This document shows positions 17,481 through 30,516 of a DNA stretch of 64,000 bases, one piece after another. The stretch's first letter is position 1. Each line of letters opens with the position of its first letter. Source of the stretch: the human T2T-CHM13v2.0 reference genome, Homo sapiens. A program made the translations under genes and the position numbers. The notes below the pieces were generated by a model. That model worked only from the letters and a program-made list of their open reading frames with translations, had not been told where the DNA came from and did not search any database. The stretch lies in NCBI RefSeq assembly GCF_009914755.1, contig NC_060935.1. One strand, written 5' to 3'.

Positions 17481-17930
17481 AAATAACAAGGTGATACACA
17501 GATATAGATGTCATTATGCCCTCCAGTACTTAAAGTGTGTGAGTAAATGTGAAAATAAGCTAGGATTGAAAAATTGACTAAAAGCAAGCAAGAAATAAGA
17601 AGAATGAAGAAAAAAGAGAACAACTAAGAGTGGGAAAACAAATGCTGGAAGAGGAGAAAGCCTGTCCTGCAGTCTAAATTTGGAGACTTTTTATTGATAC
17701 ATAATAATGGTATATATTTTGGAGGTACATGTGATATTTTGATACATGTATACAATGTATAATGATCAAATCAGGGTAATAGGGATATCCATCTCCTCAA
17801 AGAGTTATCATTTCTTTGTGTTGGGAGTATTCCAGATCTTCTCTTCTAGCTTTATGAAATACACAATAAATTAATTACTATTAACTATAGTCACCCTATT
17901 GTTTTATTGAACACTAAAACTTATTCCTTC

Positions 17931-18304
17931 AAAACTATGTAGCCATAAAAAAGAATGAGTTCATATCCTTTGCAGGGACATGGATGAAGCTGGAAGCCAT
18001 CATTCCCAGCAAACTAACAGAGGAATAGAAAACCAAACACTGCATGTTCTCACTCATAAGTAGGGGTTGAGCAATGAGAACACATGGACACAGGGAGGGG
18101 AACGTCACATACTGGGGCCTGTCAGGGGGTGATGGGCAAGCGGAGGGAGAGCATTAGGACAAATACCTAACGCATGTGGGGCTTAAAACCTAGATGACGG
18201 GTTGATAGGTGCAGCAAACCACAATGGCTCATGTATACCTATGTAAGAAACCTGCATGTTCTGCACATGTATCTCAGAACTTAAAGTGTAATAGTAAAAA
18301 AAAA
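17931..18304 (+). mobile_element. 5'-truncated L1PA8-like 3' end
   Basis: 3' UTR 'cctaacgcatgtggggcttaaaacctagatgacgggttgataggtgcagcaaacc' followed by an A tail. Confidence 0.85.
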
Positions 18305-18574
18305 TTTTTTAAGATATTCACAAAAGATGATTACACATTATTTTAAAAACATTTTTTAAATCAATATTTATCTGAGACTGAATACACTGAAACTATTTTT
18401 ATCTTATGTTATCAATCTCTGAGTAAGCATTAAGAATACGCTAAAATTATATTAAATTACTCTTGGCTATCTCTTTTATGCCAGAATAAATCTAGTTCTT
18501 TTCCAGGCTTTGATGATTTTTAGGTGTCAAGCAACCTGCAGTTACTTGACTGAACATATTTTTTGTTAAGAAAC

Positions 18575-18952
18575 TGATATGGTTTAGATGTTTGTCTCCT
18601 TCAAATCTCATGTTGAAATTTAATTCCCAATATTGGAAGTGGGGCCTGGTGGGAGATGATTGGATCAGGGGGTGGATCCCTTGCTAATGAGATAGCACCA
18701 TCCCCTTGGTGATAAGTGATTTCTTGCTCAGTTCATGCAAGATCTGGTTGTTTAAGAGTCTGGGAACTCCCTCCTTGCTGTCTTGCTCCCACTCTCTCCG
18801 TGTGATGCTCCTGCTCCTGCTTCACCTTCTGCCATGACTGTAAGCTTCCTGAGGCCCTCGCCAGAAGCCAGGCAGATGTTAGTGCCATGCTAGTAGAGCC
18901 TGCAGAACTGTGAGCCAATTAAGCTAATTAAACCTTTTTTCTTTATAAATTA
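18575..18952 (+). mobile_element. MST-family MaLR LTR truncated at its poly(A) site
   Basis: Starts TGATATGGTTT, ends ...ATTAAACCTTTTTTCTTTATAAATTA; lacks the terminal 'cccagcctc...aca' seen in the complete MST LTR at 60409-60886. Confidence 0.9.
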
Positions 18953-19614
18953 TAAAGAAACTTATTCCTTCTATCTAATCATGCTTTTATACTCATTGAC
19001 TAGCTTCTCCTCATCCATGCTCTTCCTTCTCTTCATCCAGCTTTTCCCCTCTACCCTCCCCAGACTCGGTAACCACTACTCAACTCTCTATCTCCATGAG
19101 ATCCACTTTCGTAGTTACCATGTGATATTTGTGAGAACATGTGATATTTGTCTTTTTGTGCTTACCTTTTTTCACTTAACATAATGACCTCCAGTTCCAT
19201 CCATGTTGATGCAAATGACAGGATTTCATTCTTCTTATAATTGAATAGTATTCCATTTTGTATACCACATTTTCTTTATCCATGATGGACTTTTCAGTTA
19301 ATTCCATATTTTGGCTATTGTGAAGAGTGCTGCAGTAAATATAAATGCTGGCAAGGATGCATAGAAGATTGAACTCTGGTACACTGTTGGCAAGAAGGTA
19401 AATTAGTAGAGCCATTATGGAAATCTGTATGGAAATTTCTTGAAAAAACTAAAACTAGAAATACCACATGATCCAGGAATCCCATTGTTGGATATAGAGC
19501 CAAACAAAAAGAAATTTGTATACTGAAGAGATCTCAGCATTCTGAATTTATTAAACATCTTCATATCCAGTATTGTATGAAATAATACTGAAAATTTTTT
19601 TGAAGTAATCATAA

Positions 19615-19742
19615 GGCCAGGCATGGTAACTCATACCTGTAATCTCAGTGCTTTGGGAGGCTGCGGTAGAAGGATTGCTTGAGGCCAGGAGTTCAAGACA
19701 AGCCTGGGCAACATGGTGAGACCCCACCTCTACAAAAAAAAA

Positions 19743-19804
<62 letters not shown>

Positions 19805-19939
19805 TAGCCAGGCATGGTGGTACACACCTGTAGTCCTAACTACTTGAGAATCTAAGGCAGTAGGATCAGTTGAGCCCAGGAATTTAAAGCTGCAGTGAAC
19901 TATGATCATACCACTGCACTCCAATAATAATAGCAATAA
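19615..19939 (+). mobile_element. AluJ with (TA)29 in the middle linker and a short 3' deletion
   Basis: Dimeric Alu with J-type 'aggattgcttgaggccaggagttc'; near-perfect TSD aagtaa(t/a)cataa at 19603-19614 and 19940-19951. Confidence 0.9.
19744..19801. repeat. (TA)29 microsatellite
   Basis: Direct count. Confidence 0.95.
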
Positions 19940-20261
19940 AAGTAAACATAAAGCAGTAGAAAAGATTATTCTGATCACAAGTGCTTCTCATTAGAATTTG
20001 GAAACAGAAGACCCGGACTTATTATTTATGTGACTTGTTCTGTGATTTTGGTTAACGATGTGACCAATTAGAGTTTTGTTTTCCTCATCTTCGAAATGGG
20101 AATGATAAATACACATCTTTCTAGATTGTTGATGATCATTAATTGAGAAAGCATCTGTAAAAATATATCATGAATATATCAGTAACTGGTGTGATTTTGT
20201 TAATAAGCATAGAGGGGCTGGTAAAAATATTGATAGGATAATAATTCAGTAGGGTATGGAA

Positions 20262-20322
20262 AAGCTAATTAAACCTTTTTTCTTTATAAATTATAAAGAA
20301 ACTTATTCCTTCTATCTAATCA
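20262..20322 (+). repeat. Perfect 61-bp non-tandem duplicate of 18921-18981
   Basis: 61/61 identity by direct comparison. Confidence 0.95.
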
Positions 20323-20578
20323 CGGCTGAAAAGCTGTGCTGTTACTTAATGATATTTGAAGCACTAGTCAGGCAGCAGTAGAACAATGATCAGGATAAAG
20401 AATATTTGGGAAACCATATTCATTTTCCTATAAGAAGTTATAGTTAGGAATTTTGCCCAAGAAGAGAGACAGAGAGGTGTCATATCATCAGACTATGTTC
20501 CAGAGTTTCATATTCCTAATCCACACTTCGAAGTCATCACCTGTTTAACAAACCACTCAGAAATCTGAAACAGGCCAG

Positions 20579-21837
<1,259 letters not shown>

Positions 21838-22714
21838 AATACTAAGTAACTGTTCTGTAACAAGAAACAAGTTTTTCTTTTTTAACTCAAATAGCCTTAA
21901 GTGTTTGAGTATGGCTCAAGGAGATTAACATAGGAATATAATTCAGGTAGAGAAATGATGACTTCAGTGGTTTATCACCCTTTCAGTTCCTTCTGGATCC
22001 AATTATTTGACCTCAGGATCCCCCTGTTGAATAGGTGCTAATTGCAAATTCACAGCACATGTACTTGGGTTTCATTTGTTTGTTAGCTGCATAGCATGCC
22101 TCCTTTCTCTGCAAACAGCACTTTTTATTTCCTTTGATAGAATTGGCTCTTTAACTTCATGTGGTCTTGACAGACCATAAATAAAGTTATTATTTCTTTC
22201 TTGAGGAGAAGGCTGAGGGTATCATGATTCAAGACTGGCCAGTAAGACACTGAGTTCAAAGACAAAGGAAGTGAAAAGATGGTTAGAGCTGACTCATCCT
22301 GTAGCATTATCTGATAAAACTGTGATGAACTCTTCCAACCTGGATTTCCCAAGAGCTCCCCTGTTTCCAGACCCTAGTGACTGTGATTCTGAAAATGTTC
22401 CTTTAGTTTTCTGAGCCAACTTATACACTTCCACTAAATCACTTCTTTGCTTAAGTTAGGCAGAATGGGTTTCTGTTGTTTACAACCAAAAGCAAGCAAA
22501 GTATACAATGAAAGCCTAACCTGTAGTGCTGAGAGGGCATTATCGCAGCCAATTATAAGGCTTGCAAGAACAAGTAGTGTTCAGATTTATTTTTCTATTG
22601 TTCCATTAACATAGGAAAACATCTATAAATAAAGCTATTCATTCTTGCAAGACACAAACCCTAGCTGTTTCATAGGTCACTATTACATATAAAAGAGAAC
22701 CCTTCAGACACAAA

Positions 22715-23060
22715 CAGAAATTTTGATATAATACAATTTATCAATTTTTTTATTTGGTTGCCTCTGCTTTTGATGTCGTATCAAAAAGAAATCATTGCCA
22801 AATCCAATTCACTAGGCTTTTCCTTGTTTTATTCCAAGAGTGTTGTTGTTTTAGGTTTTACGTTTAAGATCCATTTTTAGTTAATGTCTATATGGTGTAA
22901 GGTCACAAATATAAATTTAAGATCTAATGAAAAGCATGGCAACTATCATTAATAACACTGTATTGTATCCTTGAAATTAGCCCTCATACTACATCTTAAA
23001 TGATCTCACCACACCAAAAAAGTAACTATGTGAGATGATGAATGTGCTAATTAGCTTGAT
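22715..23060. mobile_element. Two old L1M fragments (antisense about 22715-22900; sense 3' UTR about 22935-23060)
   Basis: 'gaaatcattgccaaatccaa...gttttaggttttacgtttaag' and 'gtaactatgtgagatgatgaatgtgctaattagcttgatt'. Confidence 0.65.
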
Positions 23061-23675
23061 TAATATCTAATTAATAGATCAATTCTCTTAATAGATCAAT
23101 CTCTTAATTAGATATTAATCAGGGAGCTTAATATCTAATATGGAAGATAGAGATAATACAAGTGACTCATTAAATATTTTTAAAGAAATAATTGAGAATG
23201 GTAGCTAATTTGATATTTGGGAGCAAATAAATACTTGGCCAGAAAATCTTGGACCCATATCTCATAGAATCCTTCTCATGAGTTCAGTCCACATTCTACC
23301 AGTTCATTTATAACATATTACAGATACGAAGTCAAAGTATTTGGAATTTTGATTAGATGGGACACCAGATGGTATAAGAACAGGCAAGAGGAACACCACA
23401 CCGTCCCCTGTGGTATCCAATGGCAATTCAATTCAATGGTATCTCATTTTTATCTTTCTCTCCCTCTCATTGAAAGATGACTGGACTGTCCATTAAAATC
23501 CAATAAAACAAATATAGAAGGAAGTCCCTTCCTTTGTTAACTACAGACTGAGCCACTGAATTTACTTGTGTGCATGACTAATAAATTGCTGACTTCCCTA
23601 ACCTTTGCAGCCATGACTTTATCCAAACACCTTTCAGTTGCCATCTCAGACATTATAAGAAGCTATCTTGATACT

Positions 23676-23910
23676 GTTTTTATTTTTTATTGTTTTTATT
23701 TCAGTAGCTTTAGGTCTATAAGTGGTTTTTGGTTACATATATGAATTGTATAGTGGTGAAGTCTAGGATTTTAGGGCACCCATCAGCCGAGTAGTGTACA
23801 TTGTACCCAATAGGTAGTTTTTCACTCCTCACCTGCCTCCCACCTTCCTCCCTTCTGAGTTTCCAATGTCCATTATACCATTCTGTACACCTTTGCATAT
23901 CCACAGCTTA
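23676..23910 (-). mobile_element. L1PB-like (L1PB4) 3' end
   Basis: T-rich tail then 'gtggtttttggttacatatatgaattgtatagtggtgaagtc...cattgtacccaataggtag'. Confidence 0.8.
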
Positions 23911-24908
23911 CAGCAGATGTAAATTTACAATGTAACTGAATATGGTTTCATGAAGATTTTTGCCTGAGATAGAGAGTAAAAATTCATTTTTATACATTGT
24001 TTAAATATTTTTAAATTGATATTTTTTGTTAGTCTTGTTGTTCTTATTCCTTGTTTCTTTTTATTGAGGTGAGCATTTCATTTTTGTTTTGTTCTGTTTT
24101 TGTTTTGTTTGTTTATTTGTTTGTTTTTACTGGGAGTGTAGATTTTTTCTCAGAAGTCTGAAAGTCCAACTCTAGGAGGTAACGTCCTTCACCATTTACC
24201 ATATAAGAAACGATAAGTAAACTGTCAATTGAGAAAGGACAGCAAATTAAAACTGAGCCCGATGATTCATTCTTATCAGAAAATGGGCTACACTTTAAGC
24301 CTAACTGCTCTGCAACTCACCTGAAAAAGGGAAGGTAAAATGTCTGTGATGAAAGGTTTCTTAGAGACAACAAAGAGATATCTAAAGTGGATCGACAGGA
24401 CAAACATACCTATATCTCGTGTTTTCTGACACGAACGGACACTTTAGCAGTACAACAGCTTGTATTCACAAGATGTCAGGCTATTGAAAGCTTTCTTCAG
24501 ACTTTTTGAAATATCTTTCTAATGAGAAATTAAAGCTAAAAGAATGATAGTATCAGAGAGATTTTTTTCCCTGTACTTTCTTTAGTTTGGGGAACAAAAT
24601 CCCTGAATACTCTTTTGTGACTGGACTTATTGACCATTTCTGGAGGGTTGGAGGAATTTCTTTATGTGGCCATTTAGAAGACTCAATTCAGGTGGGAAAG
24701 CTTGGGACCTGTCAGCTAATCCATCCTCCCTTGAGGAGAGTTCAAAAGGAAGAAGAGAGTGAATACCTATATACATCATGTAGGAAGTGCTATTCACCTG
24801 GAGACAGAGGTTACTTTACTTAATATCCTATTTTCATTTACTGAGCAACTGCACTTCACTAGGCATGTGACCAAGCATGGACCCAACTGAGATTTCTGCT
24901 CCTGAATC

Positions 24909-24922
24909 GAAAGAAAGAAAAA

Positions 24923-24977
<55 letters not shown>

Positions 24978-25051
24978 GAAGGAAGGAAGGAAGGAAGGAA
25001 GGAAGGAAGGAAGGAAGGAAGGAAGAAAGAAAGAAAGAAAGAAAGAGAGAG
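24909..25051. repeat. Compound (GAAA)n(GGAA)12(GAAA)n purine microsatellite
   Basis: Direct reading; GGAA run at 24977-25024. Confidence 0.95.
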
Positions 25052-26541
25052 TAAGCAAAGGCAGGGAAAGATGAAAACATGTGAATCCAGTCTATCTAAT
25101 CATGCAGGAATCTTAGGTAAGCCATAGAGAGCCAAGCTTTTGTCTGCTTCCTGAAGAAGCAAGAGGCAAAAATGAACAAAGGTAGAAACACAGCAACTCA
25201 AAATTTAAATTACTTTTCTTCCAAGTAAATAAACTGGCTACCAGAGAGCAGCCTGATTTGTGGAAATCTAACACATTAAAACTCAAATGTATGTATGCTC
25301 TCAGAATACATTTAAGATTTCTGAGGTTTCTTGTCTTTGAATCAATGGTATGACCTAGTGCCTGGGGCCCACTTTGCAGCCAGCAGAGATCCTGACTAGC
25401 TCATTAATCATTGTGTCAAACCTGGCACCGTGCCTGAAACACAGTAGCCTCTCAATAAATAGGTGATGAATGAAGAAATGACAGACAGAAAATAAAATAA
25501 ACCCAAAGTTATTATCACCATATGCTCTGGGTCACTTATTTCAATTTAATTAAAATTCTGGTTGCTTCTTCCTGTTTTGACTTTCCATGTTATCTAATTT
25601 GATAGACTGGAAGTTCAAATGGTGGAAAAGAAAAGAGAATTTACTTTGCATTGTTTTTAGATCAAGGCTGAATGCAGACATTATGAATGTGGTATTGTTG
25701 TCCTTCTCACTGCTAGCCTTCAGTGGGACTTGGGGGTTTTTATTAATCCTCCATCTATATTGTTTCCTCTCTCTGCCCCAAGGATGTAGACATGCCCATG
25801 TTTCTAGGAAGAAGAGCCCTGAATAAGAGCACAGCAATCAGCCTCTATTGGGCAAACACCTCCATGGGCCAAAGCGATAGCAGTATACAAGGACTGTCCT
25901 GGCCATCATGCCTTCTTGTTTCTGCCCTGTGGGGACTCTCCACTCTTATAAACCCTAAGGGAATAAGAAAACTGCCAGAGACTGCTTCCTCCTTTCTTAT
26001 CACATGCCCCCTACCCTCCTCTCCCTTACTCCACTTTTTCATGCCGTTTTTCCTTTCTTCTACTTTCTCCCTCATGGCCAAAGTGACTGCATCTTTCTTC
26101 CTGTTCCCAGACACTCTCCTCTTCCCAGAAAGCTAGGAAGCACAAGCCGGTGCAGCTCCTTCTCTAGAGTTCCACGGATTACACTGCCTAAATTGTTCAG
26201 CCCATTCAGATCTAAGCATGGGTGAATTAGGCAGCTATCTTCAAGATGCAATTTAGATTCCCTTAAACCTCTCCTTCATAAAAATCACTATTCAGCACTC
26301 AGCAGGCTGCCATGACAGCAGGCTTTCCTCCTATCCTAACTGGCTCACTGAGGTAAAAATGTAATAATAGAAGATCATTATTAAAAGTCCATGCTCTCTG
26401 TGATGGAAGAATGCATTGCTTATCAAGGTTGCAGTGATTATTGAACAAGGATGGATGGATGGATAGATAGAAGAGAGAGAGAGAGAGAGAAAGAGAGAAT
26501 GCAAAAGAGCAGCCCTTGACCTTTGGAAGCTGGCCTGCACT

Positions 26542-27045
26542 TGTAGTCACATCAAGTTATTCTCCTCTTGGGCATAAAAAAATACTCAGAATACCAACAT
26601 CAGACAAGGTTACTATGAGGCCATGATAAAGTAAGACAAAGCAAAGCCACTTCATAATTTTGTCTAAGAACAGACAAAACCAAGGCCACTGAGCAGCCAG
26701 AAAATACCAAACACCCCTCTCTCTTGACTGAAGTGAGTGATTGCTACCTGTTTACAGCTTTAACCTAGCTCTAATCTCCCTTCCCATAGATAAGATTTAA
26801 TCAGATATTTAGTCATACAGTTGCTCCTGCTTTTTTCAGCATTCAAAATATATTCCTACTTCCTTAGACCTTTCTCCAAATTCCTCAGTTAAACCCAATA
26901 TCTTTATTGTCTTCTTTCTAACACAGTTACTGAAACACTCTCACAGTTCCCTATAACGTATGTTCTCCCTCAAAGCAACTAGTAATAAACTCAACTTGCT
27001 CAACTTCTGGTGTTCCCGTGGTCTTTGGCTGAAGGGTATTGGTGA
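26542..27045 (+). mobile_element. ERVL solo LTR, LTR41/LTR52-like
   Basis: 'agaataccaacatcagacaagg...ccatgataaagtaagacaaa', AATAAA near 26984, ends 'ggtctttggctgaagggtattg'. Confidence 0.6.
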
Positions 27046-28542
27046 TTGATAGATAGATACATACTTATATACATACATGCATAGAATAGTGCCTGACATA
27101 CAGTGTTTGAAAAGTCTTTCCTATCATTATTATTATATATAGCTTGAGAGTATTAAGTAGAGGACAGGGAAATCATGTGAAACATAAGAACCGAAAAGGA
27201 GATTCAGAAGGTCAGGCCTATCAATCAAACAATGAGATTCAGTCATGTGTTAATAACAGGAAGTCAGTCCCTAGACAGTGAGACAACTGGGTTAAGTGCC
27301 AAAGAACTCACATGGGTTTGTGATCAGTAAATAAGGTAACATATTAAAGCACCAACACAATGCCTGGCTCATAGAAGATATGCAAAAATTTACCTATTTT
27401 TTTCATCATCTTCATCAAATTTTCAGGAAGCCCTTGGGAATAAGAGGACGTTTACTCTCTGTTTATACAACATGAGTCCATAAAGCACAAGAATACTCCT
27501 TCTACCCTGAAATAGCACATAACAAAGTACTCTGAGGTTCTACTTTCAGAAAGCTTTTGACATTCTTGTCTATAACTGGAAAGCACAAATATGTTTTTGC
27601 TCAGCAATCATACACTGTAATTTGGCATTCTGTGGTATGGCCCCATGACAGTCATTTGCAGTGTAAATTCGAGTCACATCCCAGCAATTTTGCTATCACT
27701 CTTACTGTAAAGTCACCTTGCAGGTTTTCTCTATGAGGCTGTATTTTTCAAATTTATTGCTAAGCTGATTTGTTTTCCATTTGCTTATTGATGAATTTTG
27801 CTTTAACCAGAGTATTTGTTCAGTGGTTAGTAATAAGACCAGGAAATCTTTACAAGGCAAACCTTATGAGCCAGCAAGGATAACAGATAAAACTGATGGG
27901 GATCCAGCTCTCATTGTTCATTCTGCAGCTTCTATTCCAGGCACTTATCAATTTATTCCACTGATAAGAATGGCTAGCTAAAAACAAAGTCATGGAGAGT
28001 GAAAAACCATACATCTGTGTCCATTATTTATTCATGCACAAGTCACATGAATGAAAAATGTTAACTATTAACACCAGGAGAGCAATCTTTTATGATAATT
28101 GTGCCATTGCTTTCTTTACCATTCACCCTCACAGAGCGCTACATGCAACAAACAAAATGGGAGTTTGGTAACAAGTTATTAGTGGCTTCTCCTCCAAAGC
28201 ATAAGTTTAGGGACCAGAGCAAATATTTTCTGACTTCTCAGGCCTATATAGTTGGAAGGAAATATACACACAGTATAATTCAGTTCAAACTAGTCTACAT
28301 ATACAAATGTGTTCTGTATACAAAGTTGCATGAATATGTTTCCATGGTTTATATTCTAGGTTTTAAAGGTTGTATACCATTCTAAAGTGATACAATATTA
28401 AGAAAATATATAAAATAGAAAAAAATATTAAAATGCTTATTGTTTTACATCTCACCAAAATATACTCACTGTTAATATTTTAGTGTATTTTAAGTGCTTT
28501 TTTTAATGTCTGAGGTTTGGTTCACACACACATTTATATATA

Positions 28543-28977
28543 CAGTTGAGTCTTGAACAATGTGAAGGTTAGGGGCACCAACTCAGTGCAGAGATGAAAT
28601 CCATGTATAATTTTTTACTTTAAAAAACTTAACCACTAATAGCCTAGTGTTGACTGGAAGCCTTACTGATAACATAAACAGTCAATTTACATATATTATG
28701 CATGTCATGTGTATTATATACTGTATTCTTATAGTAAAGTAAGCTAGAGAAAAGAAAATGTTAAGAAAATCATAAGAGAAAATATATTTACTATTCATTA
28801 AGTGGAAGTGGATAATCATAAACGCCTTCATCCTTATCATCTTCACACTGAATAAGCTGACGAAGAAGAGGAAGTGGAGAGGTTAATCTTCCTGTCTCAG
28901 GGTTGTCAGAGGCAGAAGGAAATCCACGTACAAGTGGACCTGTGCAGTTCAAATCCATGCTGTTCAAGAGTCAATTG
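28543..28977. mobile_element. Tigger2a (MER28)-like Tc1/mariner MITE
   Basis: TIRs cagttgagtcttgaaca / tgttcaagagtcaattg, TA on both sides, 435 bp. Confidence 0.85.
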
Positions 28978-30414
28978 TATATGCATACATGCATGAGTGT
29001 ATCTGTATGTGCGTGGTTGTATTCACACTGTACATACAATTTTAGAAAGAAAATTTCTCTATCTGCATTTTCTGGTCATATCTTCCTGATGGCTTGGTCA
29101 TATCTTTCCAGTGTTTAACTGGAAACTTGAAGAATGCACTTGTTCTACCCATATTTTTAAGAAATTTCACTCCCTCTTCATACATTTATTCTTCTTACTG
29201 TATATATAATGCAGTAGACTTTTATTATGTCTTTAATATTACATATGTCTCCCAAACCCACGCAGTATTATTTTTTAAGTAGGTAACATCCTCATATTAG
29301 TTATAGATTCTGTTTCTGAAAAGGCATGATTCAACAACCTTGAAGGAAAAATCATTCACGTTATTGCCTCCACAGTAGTGGCAACTTCAGTTCTAAGATT
29401 TTGCATTTCTGTGTGTGCCATTGTTTAAAGGATTAGAGTGTTGACTAAATCTCTGGGTAGGTAGACACTCATAAGATTCACAGAGCTCCTGTGAGGGGCA
29501 CTTGGAGAATCACTTGTATCAATCAGGTATAGATTGCAGTGGGAGATAAACAGGCAAAGAGTGGAGGGGAGCACAAGGAGAAAGGTAGAACTGAAGGAAA
29601 AATTCTTAGAAAGAAATCCAACAACCCAGAGGAGTACAGCTCGTTACGCAGATTCCCATGACTGGAAAGGATTAGAAAAGTTTCTGTATAATGAGGGGGC
29701 AATTAGAATGAGTTTAAAACAGCCTTGTTATTTATGATTGAGCAAGGTCAACGTTATTAAGTCTCTTCCATTATTTATAAGTTTGTATGTAATTACTGTA
29801 AATTTCTAAGTGTTTTGTATGTTATAATAGAATTCATGGTAATGTTATTTTGGGTCCTCATGATGAGTGCATCTGTTTCCCCCCCAAATTTCAGTCACTG
29901 AACCAAAAATACATGCAGCATGCTCTGATATTAATCAAGAGAAAGAGCAAAATAATTTTCGGCATACTGAAATTTTTTTAAAAAGCATAGGATAATGAAA
30001 AGCATAGTCACTTTTATTCTCTATCCTTTGCTTATGGAAAACAAGCTTACATCACACTGTTGCCTGGGGTCTTTTTTGAAATGTCTCTTTTGGTGGCCAC
30101 TTATAATTAAACACACAGCTCCTATGATTAATGTCAATGTTTGTGGTTAAATGGGCTATAGCCCTGAAATGTAGGAATGAACAATGAGTGAATGCTGTCT
30201 TCTAAATTTGCATGACTAACATTTCCACATTGATGGGGGAGATCACTTATAGCATCTGTTTCAGACACATGAAAATTCAATTAAAATATCAGCTATCAGA
30301 ATTCCATGGAGCAAATATCAACATAGGAAACCATGACCTAATTATATTATGAATTTTAAACCAGAGATAAAAGTTACATTCCAAGTCAGTCACACTGACT
30401 AATGTCTAAGATTT

Positions 30415-30516
30415 AGTGTTGACTAAATCTCTGGGTAGGTAGACACTCATAAGACTCACAGAGCTCCTGTGAGGGGCACTTGGAGAATCACTTGTATCAA
30501 TCAGGTACAGATTGCA
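30415..30516 (+). repeat. 102-bp non-tandem duplicate of 29437-29538
   Basis: 100/102 identity by direct comparison. Confidence 0.95.

Larger units (their letters stand above)
17688..19535 (-). mobile_element. L1MA4/5-like 5'-truncated element with 5' inversion (19343-19535 on +), interrupted at 17931-18957
   Basis: Antisense L1MA 3' UTR at 17688-17930 resumes at 18958; orientation flips near 19343. Confidence 0.8.

Noticed and set aside
24586-24691. Plus-strand exon-like segments (also near 32423, 33649, 35635 and 44059-44140) and minus-strand ones near 1398-1460 and 43185
   Set aside because: Plausible splice motifs, but stops in most frames or unrecognised peptides and no consistent gene model; such motifs are frequent by chance
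24834-25080. ORFs rich in SFFL/PSFL and ERKK/EGRK
   Set aside because: Translations of the GAAA/GGAA microsatellite
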